Assembly (NCBI GenBank): GCA_026770705.1
Contig: JANJGN010000038.1
Location: 7,564,001-7,628,000, forward strand
DNA: 64,000 nt
From: Isurus oxyrinchus
Lineage: Eukaryota
Direction of reading: 5' to 3'
The notes below the pieces were generated by a model. The model saw only the letters and a program-made list of their open reading frames with translations. It did not search any database and was not told the DNA's origin. This document shows, piece by piece, positions 1-11,821 of this stretch. The position numbers were made by a program, and so were the translations under genes. Position 1 is the first letter of the stretch; every line of letters begins with the position of its first letter.

Positions 1-1250
1 ATAGAGAAATAGTCCATTGTTTTTGTCTGTCATTAGGTTCAGCTATACGCCTCAAAGGAACGTGGGAACATAGTGAGAGTCCCGGGTTTGCGGCAGACAA
101 TGACAATAGGTGATATAGATTCAATTTTATGTAAATTTGATGAGCATAGTGAGTAATTAGTTTCGTGCTATGCATTTAGAATGAAGAGAAAAAATGCAAC
201 CAAAGAGATTGTGCAATGACAACCACAGAAGAGGCAGGACTGATGTGAAGACCGAAGTCACCCAATATAGAAAAACGTGGAAAACCTAGGGGTAAGATGA
301 CGTTTTATGAATGAAAGACAAAGGCACGCACGCGACAGGGCAAGGACACCGCGTAGTCGATGAGAAGCTCCGGCGCGCCACCATGTGGCCAGGCAAATAA
401 TAAACAAATTGTGTTGCAGCAGCATAATTTAATGGGGCACTTCTTGGCCTCGGGAGGAGGCTCAGCAAGTTGTGCATATTGAAACACGAGGTTAAAAGGC
501 GATTGAGATGGATTGAGAAAGTGGGCCAAACTGTCGCAGCTGTAGTTATATGTCAAGAAGCGTGATAGTATCCATTGTGGATTGAATCGAACATTTCTTA
601 AAACTGACAGACTAGGAACCATAGAACGGGAAAGTAATGGAGGTGATCATGAACACAAATCAATAAAAGATAAGGGAAGTCTCAATAGGCGATCAATCAG
701 CTAACATGGACGTTTGTCTTTAGTTCAGTTTGGCTGAAATACGAACGAGAGGAAATTACTTTGATTGTATAGAGCTTTGCTCAGACCCACATGGACTAGT
801 GCGTTGATTTCTGGGCGGCGGATCTCCATTGGCCTGGGAGGCATACCATAGGGGTTTGGCAAAAATTAGTCACCAGAGCTTCGAGAGTTAAATTACGAGA
901 GCACGTTGCAAATGCTTTGGCGTTATTTCCCCCATTTCAGAAAGATGGACAGGGGTCTAATCGAAGTGATTAACTGATAAAGGATTTGATGGAATAGTTA
1001 TGCTGAAACTATTTGTCCGCCTAGGTGAAGCCGCAACACGGCGGCACCAGCATACATATGAAGTTAGGCCATTCAGGATATCAATTGGAAAAATATGTCT
1101 AGATATTTATTTGCTTACGTTATCAGAGAATAGACATCTAAGGCGGGTAAATGCAGGTGAAATGCAGACCAGTCATGGCCTGTATTGAATGGAGAAAAGG
1201 GGATATGCAATCTGAATAGCCTTTTCCCGTTCCTATGATCCTATATTATT
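1..1250 (+). mobile_element. Degenerate CR1-type LINE, 3' part (RT C-terminus and 3' UTR)
   Basis: Decayed homology to the better-preserved CR1 copy at 7826-10259 (e.g. 'tatagagctttgctcagacccacatggactagtgcgttgatttctgg'), ending in a CR1-like tail 'gccttttcccgttcctatgatcctatatt'. Boundaries approximate. Confidence 0.65.
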
Positions 1251-1872
1251 ACAATAACGATAATTGGTCATTAGATGACTCCTAATGCTGTTATATCAAA
1301 TGAAGCTTCTTGGCACAAGTGCATCAAGAACGGTAGATCACAAATACAGTTCTGGCGACACTGGACACATGATCCCTTCTGTTCCACTTCCGGTTAATTT
1401 GATTTGGTTTATTTTTCTTTTTAAATGCCATACATTAAAAATCAGTTGGAGAACGCTTAGGCGTTCTCCCAAATTGCATTTCATTGGTATTTTGTTGCTG
1501 TGTTAACCTTTCCATTTGAAACGTGTGCTTCAACCTCGCTCAGTTATTAAGTTTTGGAAGTTTCTTTGGCGGTATTTCAGGTAATCTGACCGTTAAAAAG
1601 CACGTGAGTGAAAAAGAACAGGCAAATGTATTCTAAGGATGAAATAAATCAACAACATCTTTCAGTGGATTCCCTCCTGCTGTGCCAAGGCTGGAATTGC
1701 ATCGCCTTCAGATTTTAGGCTTGACTTTGCAGCTTTATTTGTTTTCTGGAACTTTATTTACTCCATAGTTTTCTCACTCCGTCATTTTTTGAAAACCACT
1801 GTTGCATTTGCTACCTTCCAACATGTTGGAACCGTTCCTGGATCTCTGGAGGTATGAAAGCTCATAGGTCAA

Positions 1873-1960
1873 GGGGAGGCGATGGCGTAGTAATATAGCT
1901 ACTATGCCATTAATTCCGAGTTAGCATAATGCTCTGGGGAGCCGAGTTCGAATCCTGCCA
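1873..1960 (+). promoter_or_regulatory. tRNA-derived internal Pol III promoter-like head (box A / box B)
   Basis: Box A-like TGGCGTAGTAAT (1883-1894) and box B GAGTTCGAATCC (1944-1955). Confidence 0.65.
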
Positions 1961-2911
1961 CGGGAGAGGATAGGAATTGAATTCAAGGCAAAATCTGGAT
2001 TTAAAAGTCTAATGAAACCATAATGAACCCGACTGTAGCAAAAACCCATCTGGTTTATTAATGTCCTCAAGAGAAAAACGTTTGCTGTCTGACAAGTGAC
2101 TCCAGATCTACAGCAATATGATTGACTTTTAACTGTCCACTGAAAGAGCAGGCCACGCAGTTGTATCAAACTGCTGCAAAGCCTCCAAACAGAAAAGAAA
2201 CCGAACGGACCACAAGGCATCGACCTTGACTCGGCACCGGAAACAACACTGGCAAATTCAGCCGTGTCGAGCCTGCAAAGTCCTCCTTACTAATATCTTG
2301 GAGCTTGTGCCAAATTTGGGAGAGCTGGCTCAGAGGTTAGTCAAGCAGCAGCCTGACATAATCAATCTCACAGAATCATATCTCGCAGATAATGTCCTAG
2401 TTACCACCATCACCATCCCTGGATATGTTCTGCCCCACCGCAGGACTGGCCCAGCAGAATTGGTGGCTCATTGGTATGCAGTCAGGAGGGAGCTGCCTGG
2501 GAGTACTCAATATCGACTCCAGACCCTATGAGATCTCACGGCATCAGGTCAAGGGCAAGGAAATGTCCTGCGGATGAATCAGTGCTTTCTTCCATGTTGA
2601 GCACAACTTGGAGGAAGAACTGAGGGTAGCAAGGATGCGGAATGTAACCTGGATGTTGGGCGTCAATGTCCATGGCCAAAAGTGTGGTGGTAGTACCAGT
2701 ATTCACCGAGCTGGCCGTGTCTTAAACTACATAGCTGCTGTACTGGGAGTGCGGCAGGTGGTGAGGGAACCTACAAGAGGGAAAAATATACTTGACCTCA
2801 TGCTCACCAACCTGCCTGCCGCAGATGCATCTGTCCATGACAGTGTTGGTAGGCGTGACCACCACAGTCGTTCAGGAGATGAAGCCCCTCTTTCACATTG
2901 AGGATACGCCC
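1873..2911 (+). mobile_element. 5' part of an APE-RT LINE with a tRNA-like 5' head, interrupted by the ERV
   Basis: Endonuclease-like peptides LVKQQPDIINLTESYL, IPGYVL and VREPTRGKNILDLMLTNLP. The sequence resumes at 14538 after the ERV and continues to a 3' end near 16850. Confidence 0.8.
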
Positions 2912-3480
2912 TGTTGTGATCACTTTGACAAAGGGACCACAGCAGTCTCAGGTACAGTTCACGATCGTTTATTCGACTAATGCAGCTTGAGATAGAATTC
3001 TGCTAAACTACAGGTTTTCACCATATTTATACACAATTGATCACGTATAAGAACAGTTTCCAGATTCTGATCTCGTCAACATAGAGATTTACACTAAACA
3101 GACATCTCCCTAGTAACAAAAGCACCAAAGTAAAGGCACCATCTGTCCCTACTTTCACCCCCAGCGGAGACCTTCCCTCCCATCTCTACTAGGACCATCT
3201 GCTCTTTCCCTATCTGCTATAAACAGACCCAATCTTGTTTGTTTTTCAAACTAAGGCTCCGGGCTCACTCCTAAGACACCCAGTCTATCATGTTTGCATT
3301 CCTCACTGTTCGGCCTGGCCTTGCTGATGGTCACAGGCTCCGAGGGTGTGCAAGGTTCAGATTCCTCTCTGTCCAGCTTGGCCTTTAACTATACTTGAAG
3401 GCACTGGCTGCTTGGATATTTTAAGTAGTCCACTTCCTTTCAATTAGTTCTTAATGTATCCCCTATAATACCCCCTTACA
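2912..3480 (-). repeat. 3' LTR (569 bp)
   Basis: tgttgtgatcac...cccccttaca, a direct repeat of 13949-14537 (6 mismatches in the first 62 bp). Minus-strand AATAAA near 2970 and TATAAA near 3030. Confidence 0.92.
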
Positions 3481-3492
3481 GTCCCTCCTTTT
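3481..3492 (-). other. Polypurine tract
   Basis: Minus strand AAAAGGAGGGAC immediately before the TG of the 3' LTR. Confidence 0.85.
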
Positions 3493-3649
3493 GGCTCTTG
3501 GCCGAGCCCAAAGTAGCCATTTACAGTGGTGCTGTCCGCCCTCTTTACGAACCGCCACCCATTGAAACAGGCAAGTTATCTAGCTTTGGTGCGTAAAAAG
3601 TACTGGTCAGACCATCTGTATCATACTTTAAACCTTTGACTTTCCAAAT

Positions 3650-5470
3650 TCCTTCTCTACCTGTTAAAACTCCCCCAGCGCCGCATTTTCTCTGACTTCC
3701 GGTTGCAAAGAATCAAGTGTGTTAGATACATAAATAATATCAGTTGAAGTATAACGAAGGCATGGGAGATAATCCGAATCCAGGGGCGTATCTGTACGTT
3801 TGTGCCCCAGTTTCACCACCACCATGTCGAGAAACCTATTTGCTCGATATCCTCTTTTAAGGTTCTGACCTGCCGCTGCAGTGTATGGGAAGTTCTGTAT
3901 ATCTGCTCAGACTGTCTACGAATCGTGGTTAGCTGCTCGGGTAATAAGGGAATTTCAAAGGAGAAATGGTTCAAATGCTGTCAGGTAGTTTTAAGGCTTT
4001 CCTTGATCTGAATAGTAGTCGTTCCTCTCTTGTATATTTCGACCAGTTCCACCTTCCCTACACTTGCTTTCGCCTGTCAGTGTAGGCACACTGAATGATT
4101 ATGGATGGCGCATATCTGGTTGTTCCTGTATTGGATCTTCTGCTGCCACGTGGTTATAGAATATCTCCCAATCCCCGTGTATGCAACAGGGGTCGCTTCT
4201 TTTGCAGCCCATATATTTTCCATTATACACTTTGCTGCTGCTTTAAATCCACTTAGCTTAACGTGTCTCATATATTGAGTGTGCATACCACTGTGGTGGC
4301 CTCTTCCCTACACTCTTCTGATGTGGTGCTAACTGTATACCCTTCTATGTCTAATGCATATGGTAGAATGTCGTGATACCTAATATAATAATCTTCCCAT
4401 ATAGCCCCAATATGTTCTACTTTATATAATGTCCTGCCGGGTGTTGACATAGGTATGACAAATATTACTAATACAATGCCTATTAGCTTATTACTATTCA
4501 CTATACATTCAACATTCATTCTAGGGTCAAGTCATGATCCATTTGTCGTGAAAGATTACATAAATGTTCATTAGTTATCCATAAAGGAGCTACTCTTTCA
4601 TTAATCTGTCTTAAATTCTCTCGGGCTTGTTCCAGTGCCCAAGATCCATAGGTGCTACAAACATCCTTTCTGCTCACTTCGTCTGGAATATGTTTCCCTA
4701 TTTCAATCAGTTTGCTGATTGTCCCCACATTACTTTTGAGCACGGCAGCCAGGCTGTGGATTAATCCTGTCATGTCCTGGTCTGTGTTTAATTGGATGTT
4801 AGGAATTCCCTGTCCCCACTCTAGAACCTCCTTCAGCTTAAATCTCAGGGTCTGGAGCTTCTGGTCAACAGTTGCTAGATTCTGATTCAACCACTGATGT
4901 CCCTATATTGAATATCATAGAGGCATAATTTATCAAGCTACGCTTAACACAGTTCTCTCCCAAGCCTGATCGCATCTCGCCATTGAGCTGAGATGCTTCA
5001 GTCAGCAGCTGGCCCACTAGAGCCGTAAATAGTGCTCGAATATGGGTTGAGCACCACGGGGGCGGGGAAATCCAGGATATGTTCAATACTACGGGTCGTG
5101 GTGTACATTATCATACAAAACCTGTGATTAACCAGTACCAAAGCATTCGTCTGTCGTGGATGCATAGTCGGGCAAGCTGGGTCAGTCGGTGTGATTTGAG
5201 AGGTTTCAATTATCTCCACTCAGACTGTGGAAGTAGATGTGGGAGGTGACTGGCTAGTGGTATTAATCTCCACATTTGGGAGGACCTCCCGCGCCCGATC
5301 GGAAGCAAACCCTTACTATCATTTAAAAGCACTTGTTCTCCTACTGTAACATTTATCATTCCCTGTTGCGTGTCACATTCGGCACTGTCCATGCTGTACC
5401 TAAGTTCCTCCTGTGGTGCGGGATGAGCAGGGATGAACCCCGACCTTTTTGTAAGTACTGATCCGCCCAT
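3650..5470 (-). pseudogene. env: Retroviral env-like glycoprotein remnant (frameshifts and stops)
   Basis: Lies between integrase and the PPT. Fragments: CVKR|SLINYASMIFNIGTSVV (basic cleavage site plus hydrophobic peptide), heptad-like NQNLATVDQKLQTLRFKLKEVL, IGIVLVIFVIPM...LYKVEHIGAIW, and a W-rich segment followed by TM-like WIRIISHAFVILQLILFMYLTHLILC (~3790-3705). Lower boundary approximate. Confidence 0.75.
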
Positions 5471-5499
5471 GATCAGGATCGTGGGCCTGTGGAGACATT

Positions 5500-6150
5500 A
5501 ACATCTGCTCCCATTCTCCGTGTAACCGCCTGGTTAATTGTCATCTATCTTTAACTGTGTGTAATGCCTCCATTTATGTCTCTTTCTCATTTCTACAAGT
5601 GTGCATGTATCACCTGCCTTAATTACCTCGTATGGTCCATGCCTGTGCGCTCCAAGCTCACCTTGACAATCACCTTATTCCCCACTTGGTCCACTTTTGC
5701 TCATCGTATTGGCCTGTTTCCATGTCCTTAATCACCTGTTGGTCTCTGACTTCTTCCTCAACTCATCCAATTGCTTATTTATTTCCCTCAAATAGTCTTG
5801 CAGCTTTCCTTTTTGTGGTCCTACATCTCCCACTACTACTATGATTCCCTAGGGTAACTGCATTGCTCTCATTGTCATTATTTCAAATGGGACGAACCCG
5901 GCTGTCCTACTTGTAGTAGCCCTAAGGCGCATTAGAACATTACGCTGTTCCCTGTCTCTTGAATTGCTTTTGTGATTGATGTTTTCTTTAAAGTATAGTT
6001 TACCATTTCCACCATCCCCGAGCTCTGTGGCTGGTAAGGAATGTAGAATTTCTGTTTATATTAACCTTTATGCATTTCTTTAATAACTCTTCCTGTGAAA
6101 TGAGTTCCCTGATCTGAATTTATCTGGACAGGCACCCTCCACTCCTTCCT
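5500..6150 (-). pseudogene. pol: Integrase core and C-terminal remnant
   Basis: PVQINSDQGTHFTG, KFYIPYQPQSSGMV, VLMRLRATTSRTAGFVPFEIM and the GPY/F motif HGPYEVIK, in shifting frames. Confidence 0.85.
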
Positions 6151-7825
6151 ATCTACTGTCTCCTGCTGCTGTCCCACATCGGACCTTAATTTCTTAAACT
6201 GCCTACACAATTCTACAATGCACCTTCTTATCCTATCTTTCAATGGCTCAGTGTCTTCACTTCCAGTGACAGTTCTCTCTGGGAGCCGCTTAACTTCCTG
6301 TCATCATATTGTTAATTCCATGGTCTTACTTTTTGTTTTTCACGGTCACATTAATACAATCAGTAATACATCTATTTCGCCTTTTACCAGCTTTCCCTTT
6401 ACTTGTATCCTTGTGGTATATTGTTGTTGAGTATTATTTCTCCTTACATCTCAATTCCTGAAATACAGATTCCACATAGTTCTACCTCTAAGTATTTTTC
6501 CCCTGACCATGATCATCCTAAGGTTCTCTTGATGCCAGTTTCTCTATTGTTTTTATCGTTTATAATGTCTCCTTGCTTTTTAGGCCGTATTAACTATTCC
6601 ATATCACCGAGGATATCTGTCTCTAGATCTTTGCTTATTTCTTCCTGTGCGTTTCGAATGTCTCAGCTGATGGCCAGATTATCAATTTCAGTTCCCTTAA
6701 AACAGTTTGTATATAGTGTTCTCTTTCCCTAACCATGTCTCCTACTTGCCTCATGCCATTTTACACATGTAACAGCTACATTATTCTCTTGTTCATGTTG
6801 CCTGGATAGACGTTAAAATAAATAATATATAACAGTTTTAATAACAGAAATTAGGCATTGATATGTTCCTTACCTTCATCTCAACCAGCATTTTATTGTC
6901 TCAAAAGTATCCCACTAAATTGTGTCTGACCCGTTTCTTAGAATTATCCCAGATTCATTAACTCGGCCAAAATTGGATTTCTGCCAAACTTTGTCAAGGT
7001 CTTGAACTTCATATTTGGGAACAGACTTACAAATACAAAAGCTTGCAGCATGTGAATTATATCCAATTGTAGTCAAACTTTTAAAAATTAAAATTCCCTT
7101 TGAGAAATTATCAGGAACCAAATCTCAAAATTTTTAACTTTGTAAGAAATGTAATTTACTTTATCAAAATTAAAACTACCTTTTTCTATGTGTTTTGATT
7201 TGTATCCAAGTTATACCTCCCATATGTTTATCAACACATTCTTTACCTTTGGATAGCATCCTCTTTATTCAAAGTAACCTGTTAAATTACACTGCACTTT
7301 ACAAGTCAAGCCTTGTCTCAACTTTAAATAACAGTGCTGTTGGCATGCAGATTTCCTTTCATATTTAATTAATCTCTTGAAGAGAAACCCCCTTTTATCC
7401 ATTGGAATCACATAGACTGTGTGTTTATGCCTTTTGGTTTTCCTAGAATTCCTTGAAATTTAGGTAACCTTTTTTTACTGCAGAATATTATAACACAAAG
7501 TTGTATGAGTTAATACAACTCGTCTGTATCAATCCCAATCATCTTGGAAGCTGGCGATGCTAGTCTGAAAAGGGGTGGTAGGTACAAAGATTGGTTCATC
7601 TAACCCTGCCTAGCTTCATGATACCTTCAAATTGCGACGCCTTTTGCCAGAAATCTCATCTCAAACCTTATACTCAAAACTTTGGAATGTTTGAGTGTAC
7701 TTTTCCTTTAATGTAACCTGGGGCTTTCAACCCTAACGTGCTAAATTGCACATACACATGACAATTTACAGAAGAAAACACATTAAAGCTCACGTATGTG
7801 AGTAGAACAAATATGTAGGCAAATT

Positions 7826-10259
7826 TCTGTTTGTAAGAACAAGAGGGCAATAGTAGTAGGAGACTTCATCTATCCTAATAACAACTGGGATTCATACAAT
7901 ACAAGGGGCACTGAGGATGAAATATTCAGGCAGTGTGTCCAGGAAAGTTATTTCAACCAATTAGTGACAAACCCAACGAGAGGAGATGTAATACTAGACC
8001 TTGTCTTGGGGAACGAAGAAGTGATCTGACAGTTGGCGACCATATTGAGGACAGTGATCACAATTCAGATAGATTTAGCATTACTATGGAAAAGGACAGA
8101 GATAAGGCAGCAGTATGGGGGAATTCAAATATATCTGAAATGAGAAGGGACTTGGCTGAGGTTGCCTGGACAGCAGTGCTGGAGGGTAAAACAATGGAAA
8201 ACAAGTGGGAAGCACTAAAAAGCGAGATCCTAATTGTACAAAGTAGACATGTCCTTGACAAAAATAAGAGTGGTACTACTAAATCCTGGTTGTCTGGAGG
8301 AATACAGGGGAAGATCAAACAGAAAAAGGAATTGTACGATAGGCACAAAGAACTAAGCACTGCAGATAGCATACACAAACAAAGGAAGTGCAGGGACGAA
8401 GTAAAAAAGGAAATAAGGAAATCAAAGAGAGGGCATGAAAAAAGATTAGCAAGTAAAGTTAATGATAATCCACAGATGTTTTACCAATACATTATTAGTT
8501 AAGAAAAAAGTGGGACCTATCAGAGATGAAGATGGAAATTTCTTTGCAGATGCAGAGGCTGTGGGAAGGGTTTTGAATGAATATTTCGTCTCTGTGTTTA
8601 CAAAGGAAAGGGAGGACGTAGATATAGTAGTCCAGGAGGAACACTGTGAGATATTGGACGGGATAGTCACAAAGAGGGAGGAAGTACTCGAACGATTGAT
8701 ATCCTTGAAAGTTTATAAGTCTCCAGGGCCAGTTTCCGAGGCTGCTGAAGGAAGTCAGTGAGAAGATAATAGATGCTCTGAGGATGATTTTCCAATCTTC
8801 ACTAGATACAGGGGAGGTGCCGGAGGACTGGAGAAATGCAAACATAGGTCCATTGCATGAAAAGGGATAAAACGAAATACCAAACAATCAATGGCCATTT
8901 AGTCTTACATCGGTGGTGAGCAAATTAGTAGAATCAATCCTGAGAGATAGGATTAACTGTCATGTGGAAAAGCATGGGCTAGACAGGGATGGTCAGCATG
9001 GATTTGTCAAAGGAAGGTCTTGCATCACAAATTTGACTGAATTCTTTGAGGAAGTGACAAGATGGGTTGATGAAGGTCGTGCAGAAGACGTTGTGCACAT
9101 GGATTTTAGAAAGGCATTTGACGAGGTCCCACATGGCAGATTGGTCAGGAAGGTAAAAGCCCATGGGATTCAGGGTAATGTGGAAAACTGGATAAAAGGT
9201 TGGCTTTGTAACAGGAAACAAAGGGTAATGGTCGATGGATGCCCTTGCAAATGGTAAGTGGTCTCAAGTGGTGTTTCACATGGCTCGGTGTTGGGACCCT
9301 TGCTGTTTAGACGTGACCCTGGAGGGCACGATTGGGAAATTTGCAGATGATAAAAACATTGGCCGAGTAGTGGATAGTGCAGAAGATAGCCATAATCTCC
9401 AAAATGATATAGATGGGTTGGTGGAGTGGGTGGTAAAGTGGCAGATGGATTTTTACATAGAGAAGTGTGAGGTCATACATTTAGGGAGGTCAAACAGGTA
9501 CAGGGATTTCTAAATAAGTGGGAATATACTAAGAGGGGTAGACGAAGTGAGAGATCTTGGCGTTCAAGTACACAGGTCCCTGAAGGCAGCAGTTCAAGTA
9601 GACAAGGTTGTAAAGAAAGCATATGGAATGATCTCCATCATTAGCAGAGGTATGGACTTAAAAGTAAGGATTTAATGTTGGAATTGCATGAAACACTGGT
9701 GAGGCCACAACTGGAGTACTGTGTGCAGTTCTGGTCACCACATTACAGGAAGGACGTAATAGCTCTGGACAGAGTGCAGAGGAGGTTTACACAAATGTTG
9801 CCTGGGTTAGAAAAGTGTTGCTACGAGGAGAGATTGGATAGGTTGTGGCTATTTTCCTTGGAACAAAGAAGGCTGAGAGGTGACTTGCTTGAGGTGTACA
9901 AAATAATGAGTGGAATAGATAGAGTGGACAGGATAAGATTGTTTCCCTTGGTGGAGAATTCTAGGGCATATAGATTTAAGATAAGTGGCAGAAGGTGTAG
10001 GAGGGACATGAGTAAGAACTTTTTTATGCAGAGGGTAGTGGGTGTCTGGAATTCACTGCCCAAGTTGGTGGTAGAGACAGAAACTTTAAACTGTTTAAAA
10101 AAGTACCTGGATCTGCACCTTAAGTGCTGTAAACTGCAGGGCTATGGGCCGGGTGCAGGAAGGTGGGATTAGAAAGGGCACCTGGGTGTCCTCGGGCTAG
10201 CATGGACAAGATGAGCTGAATGGCCTCCTTCTGTGCTGTAACTTTTATATGTTTCTATA
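7826..10259 (+). mobile_element. CR1 LINE ORF2 (5'-truncated, frameshifted), inserted in the ERV
   Basis: APE motif IVVGDF; QHGFVKGRSCITNLTEFFEEVT; DFRKAFDEVPH; KFADD; LVRPQLEYCVQFWSPHY; 3' tail 'gaatggcctccttctgtgctgtaac'. Confidence 0.92.
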
Positions 10260-10549
10260 CAAATGCTTCATTGCACACAAGCAAACTTACATTTAGAATT
10301 ATGTATTTATATTCCTGTATCCTTAACAACGACTTAAAACTCTCATATTCTAAATGAAACTTCAAATAGCAATGGAGAAATAAAGGGATCTTGAAGGCAC
10401 CACCTTTAAGGACCATCAAACTGACGAAAGCTCACAGTTCCCCTGCTACTGCCTGTCAGTGCTTATTAATCCTCTAGGGGTAGGCCCCTTTTCTCTCTCT
10501 CTCTCTTCAGCACAAGCAGCTCTTGTAACTTAGATCAATTGAATATTAA

Positions 10550-11674
10550 GTTACAGAAAATTCAGTGGTGGACCTATTGGGTACCAATCATCCTTCCAGA
10601 TTTTCAGGAAAATCTGTCATATCGCACCAGACATTATACGCACCCAATTTGTCTCTCCATCCCTCAAGGCTTCCTCAATTGCCTCCTCAAAGTCCCTGTG
10701 CTGGGCTGTCGCCTTCTCCCGATCTGGGATGTGCCCAGGTTTCGCCCAATCTCCGCTTCTAAACTGTATGGCCAATCATCCCCAAATATCCCCTGGCACT
10801 TCGCCTTCACCAGTATGTGGTTATCAAGGGGGTGCATTGCATTTCCCCTAGTTTGGTTCAAAAATCTGGTTTGTTATGCCGAGTTTTAAGTCTCAGCAGT
10901 TCTTTCAGCAAAACCTGCTTCTCCCCCGGGCTTAATGGTACGTGCTGAACTTTCTCCTTAACACTCTCCATCTCCTCGTCCTTCCTCCATTCCTCAGCCT
11001 CCTTTCTCCCTTCGGTTTATTATTAGCCTTTCGTGGCTATACTTTTCCTAACAGTTACTGCCACAGTGGCCATGGGATTCAACGGGCAAAGTGGGGTGGT
11101 TGGTTCGTATGAGGTCGGTTTTGTCGCAACTCCATCATTGGTTTCTGCTTTGGAGCTCTCTCCCTTTTGATCAGTGTCACTACAAGCTGTCGCCACTGCT
11201 CTGATCTGTCCTGATTCTGACCCTGTCTCTCTCTGTCTAATCGACTGGAATTTAAGATTAATCTGCCTACACAACTGCAGGGACAAGATAATAATAACCA
11301 TCACCCCTTTCTTTTCCTTATACTTTTTCTGCTCTATACACCACTGTTTTTGTACTTCGGGGGTTCCCTGTGGATTCCACCCCTCCTTCTGCATTTTTGT
11401 GATTAGTTTGGACTGCTGGTCCACTATGAACCTCCTAATGGAACCCACGGTTCCCCAGTTGAGTTCCATAGCACTGTTCTGTTTCCCTGACGGCACACTG
11501 TTCTTATTCCCATCTATCTCTGCGCGGGACATTTGCACGGCCCTAATAACTTGCTTACTTGTGGTATGTGTGGTTTCATTTATTTCACTTGGGTCTATCC
11601 TCCCTGCGTGGCTTTGGCTCAGGCTGATTTGAAACCTTAACCCGCCAGCACGGATCTGCCTCTCTTTAACTGGG
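10550..11674 (-). pseudogene. gag-like remnant of the ERV (N-terminus continues at 13633-13688)
   Basis: First long frame after the PBS/leader (220-aa ORF 11023-11685 plus downstream fragments). Removing the Penelope-like insertion joins ATG 13688 (MA*NITIIEAAQGDQT-PVKERQ) in frame. The assignment is positional; no diagnostic capsid motif was recognised. Confidence 0.55.
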
Positions 11675-11782
11675 ATAAAAACCAAAAAAAAAAATGCGGA
11701 TCCTGGAAATCCAAAACAGAAACAAAAACAGAATTACCTGGAAAAACTCAGCAGGTCTGGCAGCATCGGCGGAGAAGAAAAG

Positions 11783-11821
11783 AGTTGACGTTTCGAGTCC
11801 TCATGACCCTTCGACAGAACT
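11783..11821 (-). ncRNA. Minimal type I hammerhead ribozyme-like motif (variant core)
   Basis: AGUU-CUGUCGA-A-GGGUC-AUGAG-GACUC-GAAACGUC-AACU: stem I AGUU/AACU, stem II GGGUC/GACUC, GAAA, palindromic ACGU stem III and GUC triplet. The core has U at the conserved A6. Confidence 0.6.

Noticed and set aside
1873-1960. A genuine tRNA gene
   Set aside because: The box A-box B spacing is long, I could not fold a cloverleaf, there is no T-run terminator, and it continues into retroelement sequence.
3650-5470. Co-opted (syncytin-like) env gene
   Set aside because: Multiple frameshifts and in-frame stops; no continuous ORF.
11023-11685. 220-aa ORF as a host gene
   Set aside because: It lies inside the LTR element, its listed start falls within the Penelope insertion, and it is best read as a gag remnant.
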